From assembly GCA_965153455.1 (NCBI GenBank), contig OZ234493.1:2232001-2296000 (forward strand): 64,000 nt of DNA. The letters run 5' to 3'. The stretch is from Sphagnum compactum (Eukaryota). Shown in pieces: positions 34,791-48,493 of this stretch. Positions within the stretch are counted from its first letter, which is position 1; every line of letters starts with the position of its first letter. Under the pieces are notes generated by a model, which was not told the origin of the DNA, did not search any database, and worked only from the letters and a program-made list of their open reading frames with translations. The position numbers were made by a program, and so were the translations under genes.

Positions 34791-37700
34791 TCAATCATGA
34801 CATGAGCAAACAAAGGGGGCAAAAAAGTAATGGAGGCAACATTGCATAAGAAAAAAAAAAGGGAAATGAAACAACAAAATGAACCTTTGAAAAAACAATT
34901 GGGACCTCACTAATAAAAGGGGGAATGGAAAAGGGAGGAAAAGGGTTTGCTCTAGCAAAGGAAAAAACTTCCATGGAAGCCAAACTTGAAAAATAATAGG
35001 AAACCAAAGGACCAAAAAGAACTAGGATAAAAAAAAAAACCAGGGGGGAGAGGATAAATTAGGGACAAAAAACACAAAGAAAAGACCCCAAAAAACTAAA
35101 GAAAAAAAGAAAAATTAAGGACAAAAGAAAAACTAGGAGGAGTCTAAAAACTTTAGGAGGAAACAAAAATAGTGATTCAAGAAAAAACTACATGTGATTG
35201 AAAACTAAAGGCGAAAACTAAACATGGGATTAACTACATAACAAAAAACAACCTTAAAAATATAAACCAAAGGCCGTAAGCATGGTAAAAGTATGTTAGC
35301 CAGAGACATTTGTTGATTTCTTGGAAAGTTACCATAAATTATACATTAAAATATTGAATTCATGAATATTATTTAAGTCAATGATCAACAATTATAAGTT
35401 TTTTAATTTCATTACATAATATTAAAAAAACACATGTTTTAATATGCATTTAAATATTTTTTTGGAATGCAAATACCTAAAAGTACATGTCATAGTTTTG
35501 GAAAATTAAATTATAAATACATGAAAGTAAAACATCAATTAGAATTATTATACTTTCAAATTGATGAAGGCCTAATGTGTATGGATATAGTTTCAACTTT
35601 TCATGTTATAATCATAATCTATCAAAGTTTTGATGTAAAAGTATTTTAATTTTTTTGAATAACCAACCAATTTAGAACAAACTTTTCATCCATTTTTCTT
35701 ATATAGAAATCTTCAAATTTTATGATCAACTTACAATAAACTCACTGAAATGTTCTATGATTTCAAAATGCAACTTAAATAGGTTTTTAATATTTTTTTG
35801 AATGTTAATGTTGAAAAGTGATTTTTTTTTAAATTAAAATTTTTGAGGACTATTTTTTGGCATATTTTATCATGCTCAAGGACCCAAAAGCAAAATGACA
35901 CAATGCAAAAATGAGGAAAAAAGGTGAAACTAAATATGAAATTTAGGACAAAAGGAAAAACTAGGGATGAAATCCAAAACTAAACACCAACCCAAAAAAA
36001 ACCTTCACCTAGTTTCAATGTGCATGTGACCTTAGTCACCATTGCCAACACAACATCCATCATCAACATGACCTCCATCACCATTGCCTCCTTTTTTTTA
36101 TGTTGTTGGGGCTTGTGGTCCATAAGGGAAAAAAATTATTTCCAGGTTGTAGTAATAACATTAGTTGCTAACTTCAATTTAGTGAAGCAAATTTCATCCA
36201 TGAAAAAGTTTACAAAAACTTTAAACGTACAAATTCAATGGCCACATCTAGGGTACAAACCATCTAGCAAACAACTTTTGTCAAATTCATGGGGTTTCTT
36301 CCATCCTTACTTTTATTACAGTGCAAAAAATAAGAAGTCTTAATACTTTTGTTGTTTTATACAATTCACATGCCCATATACTTCTCTCACAAATTTTCAC
36401 CCAGTTTGATGATTTATAAAATAAGGTTGATAACCTTAATGGTGCACAAGAATAAGCACATAGAAAGGCTTCACATCCATTATTATAGGTTTTGTAACTC
36501 TTATTATCTACTGTCTTCTTCATTTTTAAGTGGTAGCCCCATCTTTTTTTCTATTTTTTGAAGATTATCATTCTACAAACCAATCGCAACCCTAGGAAAC
36601 AAAATTGTTCTAAGATTTTTGTAATTCCATTTTTTCATTTTCAATTTTCAACCATGGCCATTTCTAAATATCTCTATTGTTTCGAGTGTTCTTTACCATT
36701 TCCATTTCTAAAGCTCACTACCATCATTGCCTACTCTCATGACCATTGTCACTTGTTTCATTGTTTTGCGGGTGTTGCCAATGCCCAAGCTCATTTGACT
36801 CATTTTGTTGTTTTTTTTGGATCATTCATCTTGCCATCATAATGCTTGTATTGTTGTTTTGTTTGGATCATTTGTCTTCCCTTCTTAATGTTTGGTTGCC
36901 AATGCCACAACACTACCAAGGTCATACCTTGCCATGTTCAAGTTCTAGGGCTACCATACCAAAATGTTCATCAAAAGGTCTTCGAGCTATGAAAAGTTGT
37001 TCTCCTCCAAGTGAAAAATAGTTTCATTCTAAATCTTTTTCAATCAAACATAAGTTTTTACATAAATCAAAATAGATTAGTTACTTCTTTCATGTTTATC
37101 TTGGTTGAATTTAAATTAATTCAACTTTATATATATATGTTTTTTCATAATTAACATAAAATGTCTCTTTCATGTTTGTTTCAGTTTGAATAATAGATTA
37201 ATTCAAATATAAAGTTTCCTTCATAATCAATGTTGTAGGTTGTTCTTCTAATGGTTGTTTGGGGTGTTATATGAACACTAAAGAAATAACAGTAAGTTTG
37301 CAAGATTTTTGCACTATTGTAAATATAATAATTCCTTTAGTTATCATGCCTTCAAACAACATAAGGCATTAGTCTAACTTTTTTAGTGTATTTGGAGGGC
37401 ACATTACGAACCAAAATTTATCCTCTGTGACCAACAAGGAATTTTGCAAAACGAAACATGTCCTCTAAAGGGCAATTCATTTTTCCAAAAAAGATTTCTT
37501 GTTTTTTCCTATTGTGATACATGTCATGTATCATGGGGCAAAATGAAAAAAAAAATGTTAGTGTTTTACACATGATAATGTTTTCATAATGAAAGATTCC
37601 TAAAATATAGGCACTTAGGTTCCACTATGAATGAATGTATATATCAGGAATGTCTTGTTCTTCAAACAACACCCTACACATACCCATAGTAATATCCATT

Positions 37701-38483
37701 AATGCACCATAAAGAATGGATGATGTATGGATAGGAAACATTTTTTCATTGGTATTCTTGCACCATAGTTAACAAAAATGGTTACTTACTACTAACTATA
37801 TGCATACAACACCTATTAACTACGAAAGGCCTTACTTACCTACATAATAAACATTTACAATTTCTACCAAGTGCATAATCCATTTTGACCTACCATTATT
37901 CCCTTACACTTATAATCAAAAAACCATTCCTTAATTATTAGTTCACATTTTAGGTTCATTTCAATAATGAAATTAAGCAAATACATGATTGATTGCATCA
38001 ATGTTTCCCTTGTTGAAAATGTAACGTTTTAAGCACTTTTCAACATTAAATTTGAAGTTGGAACTACTTTAATATTATCAACTTTATGAAATCTACTTTA
38101 AACAACCTTATTAAAAGGTCAAGCTTTCACAAGAACAAATCTTGTCTTTTTTCCACTACCCAAATTCACTAAGTTTTTAGTGAAATATAACAAAATTGAC
38201 TAATATGAAACTTGTAGGATTTTTCTCAAAAAAGACTAATTGATTAAGACATTTATAGTGAAATTTTTTTAGCGTTTTGGATAGTCGCATGTTGCATTAA
38301 ATAATTTTTAATTTCAAAATTATGACATGAATATACGAGGTCCCAAGTTCATATGAAGTGAAATAACATGTCATGTCATCACACACACACACACACTTAT
38401 AGAATTGTGGAATCACAGATTACATTTTTTGTAACGTCATGCCATGACAAATTTATGCAATGGAAAAAAATTAAATTAAAAAA

Positions 38484-38672
38484 AAAACATTTGTTGACAA
38501 ACTTTGTTTGACACCATTTAAAGCATGATGTATATGTTTGTAAATTAGATTCGTACAAGATATATTTTTTTAAAAATATATATATTTTTAAAAACATTTG
38601 TCGACAAACTTTGTTTGACACCATTTAAAGCATGATGTATATGTTTGTAAATTATATTTGTACAAAATATAT
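38484..38672. repeat. 82-bp direct duplication (period 107 bp, 4 mismatches)
   Basis: aaaacatttgt(t/c)gacaaactttgtttgacaccatttaaagcatgatgtatatgtttgtaaatta..tatat at 38484-38565 and 38591-38672. Confidence 0.95.
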
Positions 38673-38685
38673 CAGAACATGCATT

Positions 38686-38748
38686 TAACAAGGATTGAAC
38701 CCAAGACCTCATGGAAACACACTAAGGTCTTAACCACCAAACCACTTC
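38686..38748 (-). pseudogene. tRNA-like remnant (Pol III A/B boxes), probably a tRNA-derived SINE head or tRNA pseudogene
   Basis: Minus strand TGGTTTGGTGG (A-box-like, 38744-38734) and GGTTCAATCC (B-box-like, 38701-38692) are 32 nt apart, as in tRNA genes. I see no intact acceptor stem. Confidence 0.5.
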
Positions 38749-40599
38749 AACATATTATGAATAAAGTTGAAAAAATTTAACTTATCATGTTTGGCATGAA
38801 ATTGTTTAGGAAATTCAAATTTTAACGTATATTTTCTTTTGCAAAATGCATTCAACTGCTACGGAACAAAAGATGATCTTGAAATTTATTCAATAATGTA
38901 TTCAAACAAATTATTATAATTTACAAAGTTTAAATTTACATTGTAAAAAAAGGACTTACAATGACATTTCATAAATAAATCAACCAATATACTTTTGTTT
39001 AAATTGACCTAAAATCTTTGTAAATTCAATGTGAATTCAAAAGTGCATTCATTAAAAAAACTATAAATTTTAATTACATAAAATATGTCCATTTTTTGAA
39101 AAAATTCCAAGTTCTTATTTCCACAATATGATTAAATGTATATATATACATTTTTTTTACAATGTTGTTAAAATGGTAATCATCCATAAGAAAATTATTA
39201 CATTTGGTTATAAATAAGTGGTGTAGTTGGAAATTTGTTTAAATATTTTAATATCATGGTTATTTATGATATTTTATTGTATAAAAAAACAATATACATT
39301 TAAAAAAACCCGAAAAACTTTTCTTTCAAAAAAATCTTTTTTGATGTTGTTACCTCCTTAAATTGGCACAAATTGATCATAATAGGAAACATTAATTAAG
39401 TAGTAAATATAACCATTTAATTATCAAGACCATATTTGCTTAACAAGATTAATCATACATTAATACCAATTATTAATTACACAACTTTGAAAAAAATCAC
39501 AACAGATATATAGTAAGAATGCATTTTACATTTGTTTGTTTTGTAAAAGGAAACATAATTTAATATGGTGAATTTTTGGGTTTAAATAGTTGTATTACGC
39601 CCACCCCCCCACGCCCACAAACAACATTTTTTTTTGGTTTCAAATTTTCCTAGCTTAACAATTTTTAGTGGGAAAAAAAAGAAAAAAAAGTGTAAATCCC
39701 AAAAAAGATTGTCAAAAAATTGAAATTATAATTTTCAAAGAAAAAAGTTACTCTTAATGAGTAAAAATTTAGAAGTAAATATAATAATTCCAGCATTAAA
39801 CACATAAACAATTCCTATCAAATTTATCATCATTAGAAAAACTATCGTTTTTTTTGGAAAATTTAAAATTAATACTAATGATGAAATTGATTTTTTTGTG
39901 ATGAATTTCCACCATTTTGCAAACATAAAAAAAGCCATCAACATCAACAAAAGTTTTTTGTTTTGGGTACATTTTTATATTTTCTTAATGATATAATTCT
40001 ATAATGGATTCTAGGTTTCTAGCCAAAATATTAAAAAAATTTAACAAATTTGTACTTCCATATATGGCTTATAGCCAAAACATGGTTAAATGTTTTTATG
40101 GATGATCTTGAAAAATATTTTAAAAATAAAAAATGAAAAGATTAAAAAAATCATTGACATATTATTATTATCACCGTATATTCATTCTTTATCTATTTTT
40201 AAATGAATTTTTTAAATTCATCTCTTAATATTTAAACATAAACTTGTAACAAACAAGTTAATAGAAATTGATTAAATAATAAGAATAAGTATGAAATATT
40301 GATGATTTTTCATAATAATAAATTTATTATAAATTTTAATTTTAATCCATTTTTTAACATGGTTTATTTTTTCATACACCAAGAATCAAATGGGGAAAAA
40401 ATCAAGGATTATTTTTTGGGATTTTTTTGGTGTGGCATCATGAACAATAATAATAATAAACTTGTCTATGATGCCTAAAACAAACAAAGGGAAAATATAC
40501 ATTCTAATTTACATAAATGTATAATAATTTAATATATAAAAATGTTATTTAAAGGTCTACATGCAATTTTAGACTTTGGATGGATGAACATTTTAACCT

Positions 40600-41260
40600 A
40601 ATCACTAACCCATTCAAATATAAATGTGAGACTTCCCAAATTCTTTTACATTCATTTAAAAAAATTGTGGTGAATGCAAAATGCAATTCATGAATAATGA
40701 ATTTAACAACATTCAAAGTGGATGATTCAACTCATGTGCAAATGTAAATAATTCAAAAGATGCAAAAAAAATTCACTAACCCACTCAAAAATAAATATGA
40801 AACATTAAGTTGTTATGTGTTTCCATATATACTAGTAAGTGCAATATGCAATGTTTGAATAATGATTTCAATAAACGCAAAGTGAATGATTCGACTCATG
40901 TAAAAATGTTGATAGTTCAAAAAATGTGAAAAAAAATCACTAAACCATTCAAGTATAATTGCAAAATATTGAATTGCATGTGTTTAATATATTATAATAA
41001 ATAAAAAATACAATTTATGAATAATGATTTTAATATATTAAAAGTGAATGGTTCAATTCTGATAATTGAAGATATGTGAAAAAAATCATGACTTCATTTC
41101 AATGTAAATGCGGGGTTTAAAATTGTTGCATATGTTTTAATAGAATATGCTAAGTGTAAAATGCAACTCTTAAATAATGGTTTCAACATGTTAGAAGTTA
41201 ATAATTCAATTCATGTATCATGTTGGTAGTTAAAGAAATGTCAAAATGTTCACTAACCCC
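40600..41260. repeat. Degenerate tandem satellite, ~4 units of 150-170 bp
   Basis: The anchor tcactaa(c/a)c recurs at 40602, 40773, 40937, (41086, degenerate) and 41250. Each unit contains tgaataatga..aaagtg(g/a)atgattc(a/g)actcatgt-like blocks. Confidence 0.8.
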
Positions 41261-44200
41261 TTATAATGCATTATGGAAATAACGTTAAAGGCTACTTCAA
41301 TTTTCACGTCAATAATTTAAAATTATTAAATAACAAATAAAGTCCAAATTATATTCATAAGTGAACAACGTAGTGAACATAATAACTATGAATAATATTG
41401 ATCATTTTTTTGTGCAATAAACCACTTGCAAATTTAAAATGGCCAAATGTAGTTGAAATGTAATCAAATCAAACAATAGTCACATCGTATGGGGGTGGAA
41501 AAGAATAAGATTTCTTCTTATGTTTTTGAATGAAGATTTTTCAAACTTTTGGAGTTAATGATTTAGGTCTAAATTATAAGTCCACCAATACCAATATAAT
41601 GACCTAGAAATAATAATTTGAAATTCAGACTAAATGTGAAATTGATTTTGGAACTTTAAATATGCATATAATTATTTTTTATAGGCCCAATGAATAAATA
41701 AGGATTTTTTCATTAGGACATACATGTGACAACATTTAATTGATCTTTGCTTTACACTCTTCAAGATTTCATGTTTATTAATGACAATGGGGAAATAACT
41801 TGCACAATATTTAAAATGTGATAGACATGGGTAGAAAGCTTTAGGTGGGAACTTTTTTTTTTGTGTTTACAAAATATGTGAATAAAAAATAAAGTGTCAT
41901 ATATTGGTTTTTGAATAAAATTTACAATTGAATTAATTACATAATAGGGTTATGTTTATTATGAAAATAAAAAGATAATAAATATAAGGTACATGTTTAA
42001 TAAATATTTGTGTTAAAAATATAGAAATATATAAAATATGGACTAAAATAAAATAAAATAAAATAAAATATTAATTGGTTCAACTATTAGGTTAATAAAT
42101 GATTTATCATTAATAAATTTAATTAATGAGTTAAAAATAAAATAATTGTAGTAAATAAAATAATAACATAATGGAACATTAGGCGAAAAATATGACAATT
42201 CTGCTATGTATTTAAAGGTGGTGGAAATCATGTAGATTATACATTTGGACTATATTGATAAAATGTATATCGAATGTTCTTTTCAAACTCATGAGCTCTT
42301 GTATTTTTCCATTTTATAATCTTATATGTTTAAGTTATAAGACAAATGCATCATTAAAAAGTACCATTGGGATCCACTTCATTAGAAAGGTGAACATAAT
42401 CAATTTTTAATTTAATTAATTTAATATTTTAACATTGTGATTTTTATTATTGATTTGCATCACATTGGCTTGGTGTTCCCCACTTATATATACACTATGG
42501 AAAGCTTCTAAACACTTACATAGGCTACACAAATAAGAAATCTATGTTCCTAAAATGTTCATGACGTGTTTCTAAGATTCTTGACCCCAAGTATCATTAA
42601 ATGTCAAGTTGCACCATTATAAAAAAAATTGTTCATTTTATCAACAATAGTCACTAGGGTACAACCCAAATTGTTGATTGAAACAAAAAAATGATAATTA
42701 TCATTAATTTGTAAACATCAATGTAATGGCCCTTCAAAACCTTTTAATCTTGACCTTCACAAATTGCTCAAAAATTTGTGGTTGCTTCAATCCACTATCT
42801 ATTAAATAAATAAATAAGAGGACTATTTGAAGCCTTCCTAGATATTAAAAGCGTTAAATAAGGGAGAAAACATTTTTTTTGTGTTTTTGAACAAATCAAT
42901 CCCAATTGTTATTTTGTTGAATTTTTTTTCTTGACCACTCATTTAAAATATCAAAGTTAATTTTTAAAAATCTAATTCAAATTTCAAATTTTACGTTACT
43001 TAAATAATATTTTGATATTAAATTTGAAATGAAAAGCTTTCCTTAAGTGAATCTTATGTTGTTCTAAAGTTGGATGAATTTTAAAATTTTGGGGTGTGAC
43101 ATTCCTAGTGGTACCACCCAAGGACAAATTTGCCATTTAATGGAAATTGTTCCAAGCTTACTTCAACCTTTCTAAAATAAATATTTAAATGAAAAAAAGA
43201 GTATTAAAATTGATTACAAAATGTAATAGCATTCTAGATCACCCCTAGTCTATCACATAACGGTGCATGTCAAAGATGTTACTACTTGTTGGATTGAACA
43301 AAACATAACCATATAAATGGATCTTCACCAATATAAATAACAAAAAAAATTCACCAATCTCCAAAAACTCACATTGTTTTGAAACATGACAATTTAAACT
43401 ACAAATATTCATGAGGTGGTGGATGACATTAAATACGTTGATGCACAATGGTGACATGAAATATTTTAAGTGGGAAACTATTTTGCTATAATCGATGATG
43501 GGAAGTGAGATGTGAATGACAACTATGAATGTGACTACAAAAGATCTTGATCATGAGATGTGATGATGGGCCCCTACCATTGACCAATTCTTTCATCACA
43601 CTTAACAACCTACTAACCCTAATCCATAGCCATCCAGTTTTAGTCAAATCAACTCCTCAAATTTTTTTGAATCAAACAAAATATGTCATAGCTACTAAAG
43701 AGAGGTGGCAAATTAACAAATTATTGTCAATTAAAAACAATTGTTACTTACACAACATTTAATTAAATAAAATTTGGGATGGTATGGAAATACAAACATA
43801 CTGAGTTCAAATTATTTAAGGCATGTACCAAAATTTTGTCACAGGGTCACCCTTTTCTATATTCCTTTAATTACCTAGCCTTATTTTACCATACCAAAGA
43901 CACAAAGTGGACGATATATTGCTGGAATCTAAAATTATGATGGTCTAAAACATTGTATTGTAAAATATTTTACATTTTTTATTCATTAATAGTTATGGGG
44001 ATCCAAATATAAGGAAGAAAAGGACTTCATTAAGGACTAGGTTCTTTTCATCCTAGATGGTACACCTTAAAGGATTTTCCACCTTACCTTAGATTCTATA
44101 ACATTCCTAATAAATGTATATATTATTGCAATCAAAAGAATGAGACTTAATGGCATATGCATATGTGTTATTTTATAGTTCACAATAACCCAACCTCTAT

Positions 44201-46979
44201 ATAATCTAGCATTATAATTTGTTTTTTAAATTAGTTCCATTACCATAATAGTTATCATCATGGTTTTAATTGTAGGTTGTTTTGAATTTGCATATTAAGT
44301 TCATTATAGTCTTGATGAAAAAGCCTTCCCCATCTTTCCCAAAATTCATATGAAAATAAGATTTTAAACATTTCATGTTTCAGAGGAATTCAATATTGGG
44401 AAACATATTCTACAGTAATAGGGAATATATAAATTTTCACACTAAATATTGATTTCTTTTTGCCCTCCCAATCTCACATAGATCTTATAAAAGAGTCAAG
44501 TTGATAGATCATCTCAAGGGTTAATCCATGTAATCATTGGCTCATCACTTTGGAACATTGTTGATGCCTATAATTGATGATCATTGTTGTTTGGAAGAAA
44601 AACTCCAATCATTGAAATTAAATTTGCAAAAACAACACATATATTTTTGTAAATGTGACATTTTGTTTAGGGTGGGGGAATTTCAGTTCAAAAATGATTG
44701 TTTAAAATATCCAAAGTGTAATGGTCAAACATTCAACAAAATTCTTAAAATTATAGGATTAGCTAAAAATATTTAATTTGGAATCAAAATATATTTTAAT
44801 TGAAGTGTAACAAAAATTTTAGGTATTAGATTAAATTGTATCCATACCAATTAGTGTATTTGTAACTAGCGTCCTTGAAAGGTGATTATAGATTAAATTG
44901 GCTTATTTTGGGTAAAGACAACCTTCACAAAGTTCATATTTTAACTTTAAAATGAAAAAATTTAAATAACCAACATTAAGTGGGGATTATGTGATGATTA
45001 ATGAATTAATAAAGTTTAGATGAACCAGAGGCCATCTAGCTAATTATTTGACATATATGTCAGGGAAAAAATTAATAAAAATAATCTAAATAGGGACTTT
45101 TGAAAGTAAGGTTAAAATATGATCATTCATAATTCCATAGACATTTGTTGGTTCACGTTAATATACTTTTTTTTGGGATCCATGTTTCTATAACATATAA
45201 CACACCTACAATTAATATTTGGCAATGTGATGGTGAAATATTTATTTATTTGTGAAAACAAACATTGGCAACCCCAATTTTAATATTCTATAATTCCTTG
45301 ACTTTCAGAGGAATAAGTACAAACAATGTTTTTTATGTTTTGTATTTGTAATGTTATCCCATTAATGGTGATAGTGGAAAACCTTGAAAAGGATAAGGGT
45401 TTGATTCCCATGGATTTCAACAAATAATAACTTTTTTTTTGTTCAACAAAACCTAAATTGTTAATTAATTTGTATCAAACATTAGTCATAGGTTCAATAT
45501 ATCACATATCAAATCCTTATAAGACATCTTGAGCTAAAATGATATTTAAAAACACATTCGAATCATCATGCATATTTGAGATGACAATCCATGATTTCAT
45601 TTTAAGTAAAGTTCATTATTATACATTTGGTGAATATTTATTGAATTGAACATCATTATATAGGTATTTTTATTCAAGTTGGTAATCTTAATTTGTCATT
45701 ATTTTTGTCACATTGATGATTTTAGCATATGTTTATAGCATTTTAATAAAAGCCCTTCTAATGCCATTTTAGAGCTACATCTATAATAACATAATCTTTT
45801 CCAATATTGACAGAATGATGAAATGTTAATACAACTCAAAACTTTTTAATGTTCATTTTATAAAGCTACATGTTAAAAAGGTATTTTTCTTATTATTTAA
45901 TTTTTAAAAAAAGAAGTAAAGAAGAAATTATAACTGCTAAACTTAATAAGGTTGCCACATTTGATATAACCAATATTATAATCAATACTTCCACCATTGT
46001 TACAAATTACATTTGATCATATTTTTAAAATGGAAACAAAAAATACATCAATTTCATTACCAAAAATTAATAAATAAATAATCATTAACTTGCCCCATTA
46101 GAAATTTTTGAAGATTTTGAAATTGTAATTAAAGTATCCAATATTTTGTCAAGTTTTAAGGATTTTCAAGAATCTTCATTATTTTAATTTGAAGGACAAC
46201 ACAAAGAACATCATGATGACATTCATCTTGTATATGGGTTTCTTTTCTTACAAGTGTTGTTGATTTTGATTTGTTTTGCTTTTGCAATTTTATCATCTCC
46301 AATCTAATGGTATCCATGCATTTATATGGTATTATTTGTGAATTTTCATTTGCCAGAAGAATGTCAAGATATGACAATCATTTAATTATCATCATTATCT
46401 AATCAATCTATTTATTTTGAGCATGCATTTAAATACCTTTGATGTAATAAACTTAACATACAGAACTAAATGAACATTTAATGTGTATTAGGCCAAAGGA
46501 TTACAAAAACACTCAAAATGATCTTACATGAATACAAACTTTGATTACACCAATTCACATTCATAACCAACAATGTAAACTTTGGTAATGAAATGATGGC
46601 AAGGGTTGAAGGTCATAACCAATGTCAAGTTCAGTAATTTGGATTTATACAAAATCATTAGTTTCATTTTTAAAAATTATTTTCAACATTGGAATGATGA
46701 ACATGAGAATTGAACTACTTGTTCTAGTTTTTTGGAAAACATTGATATCAAAGAACCCCTTGCCTTGCCTATTTGAAAGACAAAAAAATTGGTAATGAAT
46801 TGGCAATTTTACAGCTGATTTATAAACAAGTAAAAATTGATAATCATGGCTATATAATAGAATAAGGTCTTTGATTTTTGAGAACCATAATTATTATGTA
46901 ACACGAAAACAGGTCACCAACTTGTATGAACACTACCCATCTCCAAAAGTTTATCATGTAGTAATTGCTGACCTAAAAT

Positions 46980-47860
46980 TTGGCTGCGCAAAGATCTAAA
47001 TCAAAGAGTGCATGGTGGCTACTAATGGAGGCGTTGTGAAGTTGATCCTGGATAATTTTGGCCGAAATAAGGAGGCGGTGCGACTTGAATGAGAAGGCAT
47101 GGAGCTGCATTGAATGTGCTGGTGACGGTGGCTGAAGAGGAGAAGGTTAAGTAGTGGAGAAGAGGAGTGATGGAAGGCTCATTTTTTTTGGCAGACAGAT
47201 AGACGGAGGAAGACGAGAGGATTTCGTGGAGAGAAAGCAGAAGAAAACTGGTAGAAGATAGCGGCTTCAGGTCTGCAGGATAAGAGCTTCAGGTCTAGAC
47301 GAGAGGAGCTGCAGATCTAGAGGAGTGTGGCTGATTTTTGTGAGAAATGTGTAGATCAGCACTGGAGATAACTGAGATAGACAGATAGCTAGAGAAGGTA
47401 GAGGAGATTTTGGAGAGAATGCAAAGGAGCTTAGAGGATTGCTAGTTGCTGATTTTTTCCGCTACGTTAGTAACTAGAGGATGGCTAGCTCCTGAATCTG
47501 GTGAGAGTTAGGTCGAAATTAAGGGTCGATGCTGTTGACAAGTGAAGTTTGGAAGGTAGCCCTGATGCACAGGAAGGTGCATGGATAGATAGCTTGAGCG
47601 GTCTGTTTTTGGAGCGCAATTTTTGGCTGAGTAGTTGTTAGACTTTTGATGAACATACTGGGAGAAGAGGAAGCTTGTGCTCGCGGGGTATTTTGTAAAT
47701 GAAGGTGTATGCAATCACACCTATCGATTTTGTGTGAGAACATTGTGAGAAAGAGAGAGAAAGAAGATCAGGGTTGTGGTTAGATTCAAGTTTTGCTGAG
47801 AACTGAACTCTGTGTAGGTCCATCAAATGTTTTAGATTGGTTGTAGAGTCTAGCACTCCT
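46980..47860. other. GC-richer, purine-skewed, CpG-retaining island with no convincing ORF (possible lncRNA or distal regulatory element)
   Basis: Abrupt compositional shift from the surrounding very AT-rich DNA, GA-rich plus strand, repeated gcttcaggtct, and many intact CG dinucleotides. Confidence 0.4.
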
Positions 47861-48465
47861 CTTTTTAGGTTACAATGAATCCTAATAATTGTCTTGACGA
47901 TGATGGGGGGGGGGGAGGGGGTGGGGTCTTATTTTTAATAATCATCCAACATAGGTCATAACATGTAATTCACATCATCTTATGATGGACCAATGCATGC
48001 AATGTATGTGCCAAGATGATTTATAAAAACACGTTTGAAATTGTTGTTCATTTGATAAGGAAAGATCAATAGGTGCCCAATGGTGGTCTTTGGGGCAAAA
48101 TTTCACATCTAACCAACAAGAAAGAAAACTAATGCAACTCATATGAAGGCTATTTTTGGAAAAATATGGCCCAAAGTTCCCACATTTCAATGAAAATATT
48201 AAATTGAAAAAATTGCTAAATGTAGACAAGAGGCTCCAACACAATTCCAAAATATAACAAAGTTCCTAAAGTTTTCTACTTTCTTTTTTAACCTATTTAG
48301 GAAAATTTGGTTAAATCCTTTTGCAGGTGGTCACTAACCACCTGCCTCGGAAAATTGCAAAGAAAAACATTGGTGCCCATAGCTTCTGATAAAATATTCA
48401 TTTGTTAGCATTTGATTGATTTTTTTCATAACAATAGACCATCTCAACGTCAAGAATTTTATTTC

Positions 48466-48493
48466 GTGTGTGTGTGTGTGTGTGTGTGTGTGT
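48466..48493. repeat. (GT)n microsatellite
   Basis: About 14 GT units read directly. Confidence 0.95.

Noticed and set aside
36020-37020. Possible decayed TE coding sequence (several 70-107 aa ORFs)
   Set aside because: No motif I can assign; left unannotated.
43088-43120. LTR end plus primer-binding site (ggggtgtgaca..tggtacca)
   Set aside because: The PBS-like match is short and offset by 7 nt; no second LTR or gag-pol remnants were recognised.
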